64,000 nucleotides of DNA from a virus. Its lineage: Duplodnaviria > Caudoviricetes. The number at the start of each line of letters is the position of its first letter. Within the stretch, counting starts at the first letter, position 1. The notes beneath the pieces were generated by a model. The model worked only from the letters and a program-made list of their open reading frames with translations, did not search any database and was not told the origin of the DNA. The stretch spans positions 96,001 through 160,000 of IMG/VR virus record IMGVR_UViG_3300038300_000071, one strand, 5' to 3'. Positions 27,977-36,508 of this stretch are shown piece by piece. The translations under genes were made by a program, and so were the position numbers.

Positions 27977-28657
27977 ATGAGTAATGAAATTAAGTATAAC
28001 TTTAGTTTAAAATATGCCAATGGCAAATTGAAGAACAGCACTGATAGCGGCAATGTATGTATTTCGCAGGACGAAGCGAAGATGATAGCCACTGTGCAGA
28101 CAATTGGATATCTGGCGCATGAAGCACTTTGTATTTGTGATTTAACTTCTGTTGGAGTTTCTACATTTTGTAATTTGGATGACACTAACAGTGTAAGTAT
28201 TGGTTCAGATGTTCCATGTACTATAGCAGCAGCCACTGGAAATATATCTATTGATGACTTTAGTTTGTTGTCTGGTGTTACTGTGACAATAGATGGAACA
28301 GATTTAGTTGAAGGAGTTGACTGGATTGCCGCTGCTGATAATGACTCAACAGCTACTTCATTGGCATCGGCAATAACGGGCATTGTAGCGTCGGTTTCTG
28401 CCGCAGCTATTACAAATTCAATAGTGATTACGGCAGTTGCTACCGGAATAGCAGGAAACAACATAACAATGGTTTCTAGTACGGCTTTGGGGATTACATT
28501 GTCTGGAGCTACATTAACAGGTGGATCTGATGGATTCGTTCCTTTTATTAAGTTGAAGCCATTGGAGCAGTATATAGTTAGGCTTGGGACAATGAATTTA
28601 TACGCATTGGCTGAAAATGCAGATGTAGATTTGCAGTTCACAATCTATGCCGACTAA
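27977..28657 (+). CDS. Virion protein with inserted ~100-aa beta module
   Basis: Insert at ~28230-28530 is homologous to the C-terminus of 30032. Confidence 0.65.
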   Translation: MSNEIKYNFSLKYANGKLKNSTDSGNVCISQDEAKMIATVQTIGYLAHEALCICDLTSVGVSTFCNLDDTNSVSIGSDVPCTIAAATGNISIDDFSLLSGVTVTIDGTDLVEGVDWIAAADNDSTATSLASAITGIVASVSAAAITNSIVITAVATGIAGNNITMVSSTALGITLSGATLTGGSDGFVPFIKLKPLEQYIVRLGTMNLYALAENADVDLQFTIYAD

Positions 28658-28668
28658 GGGTTAAAAGA

Positions 28669-28947
28669 ATGGATATCAATAGAGAGTTATTTGAGATTGG
28701 CAAGTTGTTAACTTCTTCTCATCTTATAAACGAGGTAAGAAGAGAAGTCAATGAAGCGGTTAGGGATCATTTTGCTATGGTTGTTGACGGTGAAGTGTCT
28801 GGTAGATCTGGATATGAGGTGGTTGTAATGAATTGCAAGGCTTCGGATCTAGAATTGGTCAAGAGAAGGATAAAAGCAAACATACCAGATGTAGAGGTTG
28901 ACAGGCTGATAGATAATGTAATTGGTATCAAGAAAAAGGATAAGTAG
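28669..28947 (+). CDS. Hypothetical protein
   Basis: 92 aa; N-terminal MDINRELFEIGKLL. Confidence 0.7.
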   Translation: MDINRELFEIGKLLTSSHLINEVRREVNEAVRDHFAMVVDGEVSGRSGYEVVVMNCKASDLELVKRRIKANIPDVEVDRLIDNVIGIKKKDK

Positions 28948-28948
28948 A

Positions 28949-29428
28949 ATGGGATCAAAATATACAGGGCAAGATTTCTACAGCGGTTCTTGGAAGGATA
29001 TTCAAAACATTGTAAGAGTGTTAAATATTGGAAGTGGAAAGCTGGCAGTAGTAACGCAGGAGTTGGTGGAGTACTATCAGGAAATGGTAGATCGCGATAT
29101 TGATTCTCAATTGACTGAAGTAGTTCATGTTCCTTTGATTTGTTATAATCAAGTAGTTCCTGATGGCACTACCAAACAGCAATACCCAGGTGCAGTGGTT
29201 AGATTAGCTCGATATTGGACAGCTGGATTATTATTGGCAAATGAATTTCAGAGCTTGGATACGAACGCTTCTGAGTCGGCAGAGAAGTATATCTTAGATG
29301 CCAAGGATGAACTGTTCAAGATGATAAGATTTAATCACAGATTGAAAGGGCAAGAATACAAAAGTAATATCAGCAGAACGATGCCTCCGGGTATGCAACC
29401 TCCTGATCTTCCTACAAAGGATTTCTAA
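28949..29428 (+). CDS. Head-tail adaptor (Mu gp36/HK97 gp6-like)
   Basis: DRDIDSQL...VPL...P..VVRLARYWTA...AEKY..A..EL; ATG 28949 follows AAGGA. Confidence 0.55.
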   Translation: MGSKYTGQDFYSGSWKDIQNIVRVLNIGSGKLAVVTQELVEYYQEMVDRDIDSQLTEVVHVPLICYNQVVPDGTTKQQYPGAVVRLARYWTAGLLLANEFQSLDTNASESAEKYILDAKDELFKMIRFNHRLKGQEYKSNISRTMPPGMQPPDLPTKDF

Positions 29429-30010
29429 ATGTATACGAATGTATCTAACTTAATAAAAACAGTGATAAGTCTTCTAGAACTTAATAAAGAAAGCATTGAC
29501 AAGTGCATTCAGATTTATGATGACAGAAGGACTTTACTTGTATTAGAGGGAATGAGAAAATCGTTGCCTGCTGATGCATTTCCTGTCTTGGAAATTGAGC
29601 CTTTAAGTGGAACTACTGAATGGGCTACAACAAGAGCTCAAAGGCCACGATATCAGTTTGAATGCACTTTAACAGTTATAAATAACAATGAAGAGTTAAG
29701 CGTTGAATACGTTGCTACAATTGCTAATGCAATAATAAGCATCATGTCTAATCCTCAGAATCTTCAGATGATAGTTGACAATGAGTTTATGTGGAATGTA
29801 AATGGTGGGCTTAATCCAACTAAGATTTTAGATAGTAATGTAGACAATGTAATCTACAATTCGAATAAGGAAGGAACGATAAGGGTGATAACATGGTATT
29901 GGTATGCATTGATACATGAAACATATCCAACGTGGGCTTTCGACTGTGGGCAGTTGAATGCAAATGTTCCTACTGTGGTAAAGCCTAAGAGTATAGATTT
30001 GGGCGACTAA
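29429..30010 (+). CDS. Putative tail completion/terminator protein
   Basis: FPVLEIEP motif; position after the adaptor and before the tube genes. Confidence 0.5.
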   Translation: MYTNVSNLIKTVISLLELNKESIDKCIQIYDDRRTLLVLEGMRKSLPADAFPVLEIEPLSGTTEWATTRAQRPRYQFECTLTVINNNEELSVEYVATIANAIISIMSNPQNLQMIVDNEFMWNVNGGLNPTKILDSNVDNVIYNSNKEGTIRVITWYWYALIHETYPTWAFDCGQLNANVPTVVKPKSIDLGD

Positions 30011-30031
30011 TAAAAAATTAAAGGTAATGAA

Positions 30032-31138
30032 ATGGGATTAATTGATCCAGTAACACTAATAGAAGTGATTGACAGAGCTGCTTGGCAATACGAGCAGTTG
30101 CTGAATGTTAGCTTGATTATAAATCCAGATCCAACAAACACTGGATATTATCAAATGATTACAATTACCGATGACCCAGATCAAGAGATACCTATGTTGC
30201 AAGGGCTTTTGACTGTAGACAGCGACTTTGCTGTTGAGGGAATGGTAAGAGGAACTAAATTGCCTAATGTAGTTGGAATAATGCAAAATCACTTTATAAG
30301 AGTGACGGAAGCAGGCGGCATGGATGGTTATCTTTTTACGAACAATCTAAGGGCAAGTGATTTTTATAGTCAAATTAATAAAATTAGTCTTGGCCAGTAT
30401 TTGCTTGCAGTAAATGTATTTTCAGAAGCAGACGATACTTTTGGATTTGTCGAGATAACTACTGGGCCGCTGATAGATTTTACAGATGGTATAAACTATG
30501 GAAATGGAAGTCAGTTTCAAGAAGCGGATGGAACAGCTTTTGCAGCGACTCAATTAAAAATAGTCACTACAAGTATTATTGGAGCTTCAAATATAGAGCT
30601 GACAATATCTGTAAAGGATATAAATGATAACCCAGCGACAATTGACATTACCATTCCATCTGGGAGTGCGTTGGGAACAGAGTTGCTGATAGGAACAACA
30701 TCGGATAGATTTTTAGATGTAATGGGTGTAAGCTATCAAGGAGCTGCTACTCAGTTTGGAACAGTAGGAGATACGTTTAGAATTGCGAATGAAAAAGAAA
30801 GACAAATCACGGCAGCAAAGGGTGGAATTTTAATAAATGATTTCAGTCTGTTGTCTGGGGATACAGTAACGGTGGATGGAGTAGCTTTGGTTGAAGGAGT
30901 TGACTGGATTGCCTCTGCTGATAATAATGCAACATCTGTTTCATTGTCAGATGCTATTAATGGTAATGTACCAAGTGTAGAAGCGGTAACTGCTGGCAAC
31001 ACGTTGGCAGTTGGAAGTTGGATAATCATTACGGCAGATGTTGCCGGAACAGCAGGAAACAGTATAGCGATGACAACTGATGATGTAGACTCAGGTCTTG
31101 CATTGTCAGGAAGTACATTGTCAGGCGGATTGGATTAG
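30032..31138 (+). CDS. Virion structural protein with C-terminal shared beta module
   Basis: C-terminal DFSLLSGDTVTVDG..LVEGVDWIA..DN...AG..GN.I...LSGG matches 27977. Confidence 0.65.
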   Translation: MGLIDPVTLIEVIDRAAWQYEQLLNVSLIINPDPTNTGYYQMITITDDPDQEIPMLQGLLTVDSDFAVEGMVRGTKLPNVVGIMQNHFIRVTEAGGMDGYLFTNNLRASDFYSQINKISLGQYLLAVNVFSEADDTFGFVEITTGPLIDFTDGINYGNGSQFQEADGTAFAATQLKIVTTSIIGASNIELTISVKDINDNPATIDITIPSGSALGTELLIGTTSDRFLDVMGVSYQGAATQFGTVGDTFRIANEKERQITAAKGGILINDFSLLSGDTVTVDGVALVEGVDWIASADNNATSVSLSDAINGNVPSVEAVTAGNTLAVGSWIIITADVAGTAGNSIAMTTDDVDSGLALSGSTLSGGLD

Positions 31139-31213
31139 AATAGTGCTTAATGGCTATTGTTGTTTGATTCAAAGTGTTTAAGTGAAAGGCGGATAGCGCC
31201 TTAAGTATATTTT

Positions 31214-31232
31214 TTTTATATTATTGTTTTAT
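31214..31232 (+). promoter_or_regulatory. Candidate late promoter motif
   Basis: TTTTATATT-ATTGT-TTTAT after hairpin AAGGCG/CGCCTT (31186-31202), upstream of the first tube gene. Confidence 0.45.
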
Positions 31233-31286
31233 ATGACATGTATAAAGAAAAAATTTTATGATCTATTATTATTAAGGAGATAAATT

Positions 31287-32522
31287 ATGGGTATGGGATA
31301 CCAAGGGTTCGTTAGAATCTTCGAAAATGGCGGAACGCCTCCAACAAATCCAGTTGTTTTATTGGCAACTGGTGCTAGTGTTAACTTGATTCTTGAACCT
31401 ATTTATTCCACATCCGTGTGGGGTGCTGGTTGGTACAATGCAGCTACTACAGCTCATTACGCCGATGGCCCAATTAGATTCGAGGGTACTGTTGATATTG
31501 AGTTACAGACAAATGAAACTTGGGAATTTTTAAGACAATGGGTAGTTGACAGAAGAGCTTTTCCACGTTCAATTGATATTTCACCAGATGGTGTTTTTCT
31601 ATATCAGTATCACACTGCGGATGCCTATGGAACTCCAACACAGTGTGCTGCAACATTAGGAGCATGGTGTTCAAGTTTTGATTTAAGTACTTCTGAAGGT
31701 TCATTCGTAACTGCCTCAACTGGTATTACTGCGTTGAATCGTAATGAAATACAGTTAGGTGTTGACAATCAAAATCCAGCAAGTACTGCCAACCCTGCGA
31801 TTACTTATTGTACTCAGCAGTTTGGTATTGTTGCCGGAGACTATGCTTCTTCATTCGGCCCTTCAAATCCATTAAACCCTTGTGCGGACAATGTTAATCC
31901 GATTCCATTCTGGAAAACACAAGCGAGTATTTTTGACTTGGAAGCTGAAAGAACAGGAAGTTGCGCATTGGATACATCAGTAATGCCTTATAGTGTTTTC
32001 GATGAGACTTTCGGAACACCACTTGCAAACTCTACTGGCGGTGATCCTCATCAAACAGTTGAATGGAATATTAGTTTAGCGAACAATCCAGTATTGCTTA
32101 ATACTATGGATGGTTCTCCAAACCCTTCTGCATTGCTACAAGGGCCAATTGATGTTAGTGGTTCTGTTATTCTTTATAACGCAGCAGGTATTGAGTCTCC
32201 AATTGATCCTTTGACAGGAGAATTGAGAACACCAGCCGAAACAACTAACTTCAGAATTGAAATTAGCACAAACAAAGATGATACGAATCAAGTTTACATT
32301 GAATGTCCAGCGATTGTTATTGAATCAGATGACTATTCAATTCAGGGACAGGATTCCATTACTAACCGTACTTATAACTTTAAGGGTTTAGGCGGACGTT
32401 TGGCAACTGGAGTAGGTAGTGGCGTATTGCCAGCTTCAATGACTGATACAGCATTAGCACCAATGCTTATGTCAAACCTAGACGGTGAAATGGCAGATCC
32501 ATCAGTTGACTCTGATGTCTAA
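31287..32522 (+). CDS. Tail tube protein (major tail protein candidate, paralogue 1)
   Basis: Strong SD; N-terminal MGYQGFV; tube-like beta pattern (EWNISLANN, DVSGSVILY); upstream of chaperones and tape measure. Confidence 0.65.
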   Translation: MGMGYQGFVRIFENGGTPPTNPVVLLATGASVNLILEPIYSTSVWGAGWYNAATTAHYADGPIRFEGTVDIELQTNETWEFLRQWVVDRRAFPRSIDISPDGVFLYQYHTADAYGTPTQCAATLGAWCSSFDLSTSEGSFVTASTGITALNRNEIQLGVDNQNPASTANPAITYCTQQFGIVAGDYASSFGPSNPLNPCADNVNPIPFWKTQASIFDLEAERTGSCALDTSVMPYSVFDETFGTPLANSTGGDPHQTVEWNISLANNPVLLNTMDGSPNPSALLQGPIDVSGSVILYNAAGIESPIDPLTGELRTPAETTNFRIEISTNKDDTNQVYIECPAIVIESDDYSIQGQDSITNRTYNFKGLGGRLATGVGSGVLPASMTDTALAPMLMSNLDGEMADPSVDSDV

Positions 32523-32584
32523 TATTTGATAGTTAAGATAGGCAAGTTAAAGTAAGTACTTTTTTTAAAAAAGGATATTATTAG

Positions 32585-33580
32585 ATGGCTTTAGGTTATG
32601 AAGGATGGCTAAAGTTTGACAATCCACAGGTAATGTGCTTGGCAACAAGCACAGGTATCTCTCGCTCGTCAAACAGAATTGAATCCACTTCTGGGTATGG
32701 CGGAAGACAAAGTACGAGTTCTACAGTGTCTCAATCTATGGGCATTTCATATCCGAGAGCATATGATTTTGCCTCATATGATGGGTCTTTCGACATCGAG
32801 ATGAATATCGCCACTAGAGATGTTATTTTTGATAAATTTATCCTTGAGCCTCAAAATCGTTTTGAGCTTTTTTATTCCACTAGAAACAACACGCTCATAA
32901 CAATGGATCAAAACTACTGGAATAGTTTGGATTTTCAAGCAAGCGAGAATTCTCTTGTAACTTGTTCTTTGGGATTTATTGGATTGACATATGATGTCGC
33001 CAATGAAGCGGTTGCTAGTCCTAAGACTTTTTGTGATAATCAATTTGGACAAGGAGAATTTGGCGGAGCTGTATTTGATATAGCTGAGACAAATCCATTA
33101 AATCCTTGTTCGGACAATTTAAATCCAATTCCTTTCTGGACAGCTCCTCCCGTAATGACCTATGCAGGAAATCCAGATGCAGGCGGCATTTCCACTAACA
33201 TAACTGATTGGAGTTTAGGGTTTAGCAGGGATGTTGTGAAGTTCTTTAAGTGTGATAATACTGCAACCAAGACGTCAACAGTAAACCCTGTAGACAGTGA
33301 TGCAGAGAATCCTGATTTCATTGCGTCTGGCCCTATATCAATAACTTACGATTTTACAGAGATGATAGGATTGTCACAAGAGCTTGTTCAAGATCAACTA
33401 AGGCCGGACACCATGCAGAGTATAGATATACTGGGAAGAAGGTTTAACGATACTGAATTAAACTCAAGAGATGACAATATTGTTTCTCCAGACTCTCTGG
33501 CTCTTATTTCTTACAGCTACAATGTTTATGGAAATATTAATGCCGCAGGGACATATGTTCAGACATTTCCGATTGTTTGA
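32585..33580 (+). CDS. Tail tube-like paralogue 2
   Basis: MALGYEGW; shares FC.xQFG and NPLNPC.DN.NPIPFW with paralogue 1. Confidence 0.6.
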   Translation: MALGYEGWLKFDNPQVMCLATSTGISRSSNRIESTSGYGGRQSTSSTVSQSMGISYPRAYDFASYDGSFDIEMNIATRDVIFDKFILEPQNRFELFYSTRNNTLITMDQNYWNSLDFQASENSLVTCSLGFIGLTYDVANEAVASPKTFCDNQFGQGEFGGAVFDIAETNPLNPCSDNLNPIPFWTAPPVMTYAGNPDAGGISTNITDWSLGFSRDVVKFFKCDNTATKTSTVNPVDSDAENPDFIASGPISITYDFTEMIGLSQELVQDQLRPDTMQSIDILGRRFNDTELNSRDDNIVSPDSLALISYSYNVYGNINAAGTYVQTFPIV

Positions 33581-33658
33581 TAATAATTAAATATTTATAT
33601 TATTGTAAGAAGATTTAGCAAGATTACCAATTTAATTGGACAAGATGATATGAAGTAT

Positions 33659-33726
33659 AAAGCACAATGTATTACCTTAGGCATGACTATGTCTTGTTTG
33701 GGTACGTTAGTGCTTTTTTTTATGCC
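33659..33726 (+). terminator. Long hairpin plus T-tract leader (terminator/attenuator) before the chaperone gene
   Basis: AAAGCAC/GTGCTTT, AATGTATT/GGTACGTT and AGGCAT/ATGTCT stems, then TTTTTTTTATGCC. Confidence 0.55.
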
Positions 33727-33740
33727 CCGAATAGGAGAAT

Positions 33741-34241
33741 ATGATGGCAAAAATGAAAGTGCAAGCAAAAAAGAAAGCTGAAATTAAAAAGGTTGACAAC
33801 ACTCCAAGGATTGATTCAACCATAAGAGAAGCAGGTAAATTCGAATTAAAGAAGAATGAGTCTTTCACTATTAATTTCGGATTGGTTGATTTCGAAGGAA
33901 GGTGGCTTCTTGCCAAGGAAAATGAAGGCGAAGGAATAGAGTCTTGCTGGGTTAAATTTAAAATGTGGTCTTTCGAAGAAGAGGTTAGTTTGAAAAGTCA
34001 GGCAACTCAGTGGGATAGTCAAAAAAGAATGCATACTTTGAATAATGATTTCTTCAACAGACTGAAGATTCAAAAGCTTCTTGTTGATTGGTCTTTTAGC
34101 AAAGATAATGCAACTTTCAAATTGCACAGAGTTCAAAACACTCTGACTGATGAAAGCTTTGGAGCTTTTTTGAAATTGCATAGAAATATATGTTCGCACA
34201 TAATAGAAAACATGAATAGAGTTTTAGAATACAATGGCTGA
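33741..34241 (+). CDS. Tail assembly chaperone-like protein 1
   Basis: VKFKMWSF and LLVDWSF motifs; between tube and tape measure. Confidence 0.55.
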   Translation: MMAKMKVQAKKKAEIKKVDNTPRIDSTIREAGKFELKKNESFTINFGLVDFEGRWLLAKENEGEGIESCWVKFKMWSFEEEVSLKSQATQWDSQKRMHTLNNDFFNRLKIQKLLVDWSFSKDNATFKLHRVQNTLTDESFGAFLKLHRNICSHIIENMNRVLEYNG

Positions 34242-34962
34242 AATAGAAAATATACTGAAAGAATATGGAAGCATGATTAAGCCTAGCATTATGGAAGTTA
34301 GGTTTAGTGTTGAAAAGTTTCAAGGATTCTATTTGCCTGATTGTAATGGATCTGAGGAAGTAGTTGCTAAATTTAGGACTTTAAGTTTCGATGATCATAA
34401 TGTTATCTATCATATGTCAACAAAGCTGGTTAAGGATGAAAAGGCTAAAGATTATGTAACTATAACAGATTATATGGAAATGAAGAAGTTGGCCTTGAAG
34501 CGTCAGTTGATATCTTGGAATTTAGACATAGAGGTTGAATATGACGGAGCGTGGATAAGGGAAGATATATTTGAGAGAATTTGTACGATACCCGGCCCCT
34601 TGTTGATGAAGATGTTGGATATGTATCAAGAAATGTCAAACCTTACTCAAGATGAAGAGGAGATGATAGCAAGGCAGTCTGGATTGTTATTCTCAGGGGG
34701 AGCAGGAGGAGTTTCAAATCCTTGCGAGGCTGTATCTCTATATTGCAATTTGAGTAGATTCTGGGATAAGTTCGGCTTGAATAAAAATGACTTGAAGGAA
34801 TTGAGCTACAGGGAGTATTTAATGTTAAGGACAATGTCTGTAAATGATGATGAGGCTCAAAGGAGAGCTTCAAAGGCTGCTTCAACGACTTCAAATACAA
34901 GAGTTGCAGGAAAAGGTGGTAAGATAAGAGGTAGTCGTGGTGTTAAAGTGGGAGGACATTAA
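34234..34962 (+). CDS. Tail assembly chaperone-like protein 2 (with gpT-like C-terminal extension)
   Basis: AKFRTLSF and QLISWNL; C-terminal FWDKFG....L..LSYREY. Confidence 0.55.
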   Translation: MAEIENILKEYGSMIKPSIMEVRFSVEKFQGFYLPDCNGSEEVVAKFRTLSFDDHNVIYHMSTKLVKDEKAKDYVTITDYMEMKKLALKRQLISWNLDIEVEYDGAWIREDIFERICTIPGPLLMKMLDMYQEMSNLTQDEEEMIARQSGLLFSGGAGGVSNPCEAVSLYCNLSRFWDKFGLNKNDLKELSYREYLMLRTMSVNDDEAQRRASKAASTTSNTRVAGKGGKIRGSRGVKVGGH

Positions 34963-34964
34963 AA

Positions 34965-35777
34965 ATGGCTTTTGCGGTTAGTGATCAAAAAGTTTTGGGT
35001 TATGGCGGAGCTGGATACATAAATAATGTTCAGGTTCTCATAACTGGTGGAACTGTAAATACGGCTAATAGTATTTCTTACATGAATGCTGTGGATATAT
35101 CTCCAACACAAGTTAGCAGGTCTAGAATGAGACATGCGGATGGAACAAGGTTGACAACGGCAAATTTGACTTTTGATCTCACTGACTTAAGTCTTAATGA
35201 GGTGATGACTTTGTATTCGAGAAGAGCGTTGTTTGGTATAGAAATAAACGATGGAAATAACTCAGGATCGTTGGGATCGTGTTTTGCAAATAATATAACT
35301 CTTTCAGGAGCACCTGGGGGTTTGATTTCTGGATCTGTGCAGGCAACATCAATTGAAGATTCTACATATGGATCTATAGCAGCATCTCGTAATGACTTTA
35401 TAAGAGAACCGCCAGAGATAGGAGTAAACAGAGACGAAGAGCCTCTTGCTTATTACTTTTCTGGGAATACTGATGTAAGAAGTTGGACTTTAACTATGAA
35501 TCAAGAGGTTTCTCCTGTATATTTAAATGAGAATGGGGTAAACCCAGGTTATTTAAAAGTAACAAGATGGGACTTTCAGCTAGATGTTGTTACATATACT
35601 GATCAGAGTCATAATGATATTGAAGTTAGAACAAACTCATGGACGCTGAAAGGAGACACAACAGCGAGTTCATATTCGTTTAATGGAGTAACAGACTTTG
35701 GGATGTTTTCCCATTCGTTCGCAACATCAGCTGATATTACAACTGGTGCAGGCGATTCAATAATAACAATAGTTTAA
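34965..35777 (+). CDS. Tail tube-like paralogue 3
   Basis: VLGYGGAG, LITGGTVN, HADG and SWTLTMNQ align with paralogue 1. Confidence 0.55.
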   Translation: MAFAVSDQKVLGYGGAGYINNVQVLITGGTVNTANSISYMNAVDISPTQVSRSRMRHADGTRLTTANLTFDLTDLSLNEVMTLYSRRALFGIEINDGNNSGSLGSCFANNITLSGAPGGLISGSVQATSIEDSTYGSIAASRNDFIREPPEIGVNRDEEPLAYYFSGNTDVRSWTLTMNQEVSPVYLNENGVNPGYLKVTRWDFQLDVVTYTDQSHNDIEVRTNSWTLKGDTTASSYSFNGVTDFGMFSHSFATSADITTGAGDSIITIV

Positions 35778-35824
35778 TATTAATGCTAATAACAAGAACA
35801 TAACCTAAATAAAAGGAAAATATT

Positions 35825-36490
35825 ATGAGTGAAGCAACAAACGAAGAATACAAAGAAGAAAAGGTAGAAGTTGTTATAACTGAGATTGAGACTGGAGCTG
35901 AAGAAGAGTTTGAAGAAGTTCCAGAAGGTTTGATTAAAGAAGTTAAGCAAAGAGAAGAAACTTCTGAGAAAGTAGCAGCTTACAATGAGGATGCAATTTC
36001 AGCAGAGAAAGATAAAGCCGTCGATGGCGTAGAGCCTGAGTCTTGCTTTCCATCATTTTTCATTGATGAGGATGATACTCAAGATATTGAAGTTGATATT
36101 CTGTCCGATAAAGAGAGTGGTAAAATATTGAGTATTTCGAGATCGGGATTGGTAGATATGAGTGATTTTGAATACCTAACAGCAACAGCTGTTAAATTTA
36201 CTTTCAGCATTCCTACTTATGATGACATAATAAAATACAGACAAGAGTGTAGATCTTTTGACATAGATGCAAATAAGTCAATAGTTGACGCTGTTCAGAT
36301 GAGAAATTTTTATCTAATTTGGCACTTAAAGGATTGGACTCTTACAGATTCCAAGGGTAAAAAAGTAGAATTGGTTCATGAGGAAAATGGCGCATTGAAA
36401 GATTCGTCAATTAAATACGTTTATAAGATGCCAGCTTCGGTGCTGGACGTGGTTTTAACGCTGTTCGAGAAGGATGTATTGATCAGCTAA
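35825..36490 (+). CDS. Tail assembly chaperone-like protein 3
   Basis: FTFSIPTY and HLKDWTL; directly before the tape measure. Confidence 0.55.
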   Translation: MSEATNEEYKEEKVEVVITEIETGAEEEFEEVPEGLIKEVKQREETSEKVAAYNEDAISAEKDKAVDGVEPESCFPSFFIDEDDTQDIEVDILSDKESGKILSISRSGLVDMSDFEYLTATAVKFTFSIPTYDDIIKYRQECRSFDIDANKSIVDAVQMRNFYLIWHLKDWTLTDSKGKKVELVHEENGALKDSSIKYVYKMPASVLDVVLTLFEKDVLIS

Positions 36491-36508
36491 TAAATAAAGG
36501 GAAAGGAT

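Noticed and set aside
30032-31138. Possible tail sheath gene by position before the tube
   Set aside because: Lacks recognisable conserved sheath C-terminal motifs; only the small shared surface module resembles sheath domains
34200-34245. Programmed -1 frameshift joining the two chaperone ORFs
   Set aside because: The downstream ORF is in the +1 frame with its own ATG, and no X XXY YYZ heptamer is evident at the junction
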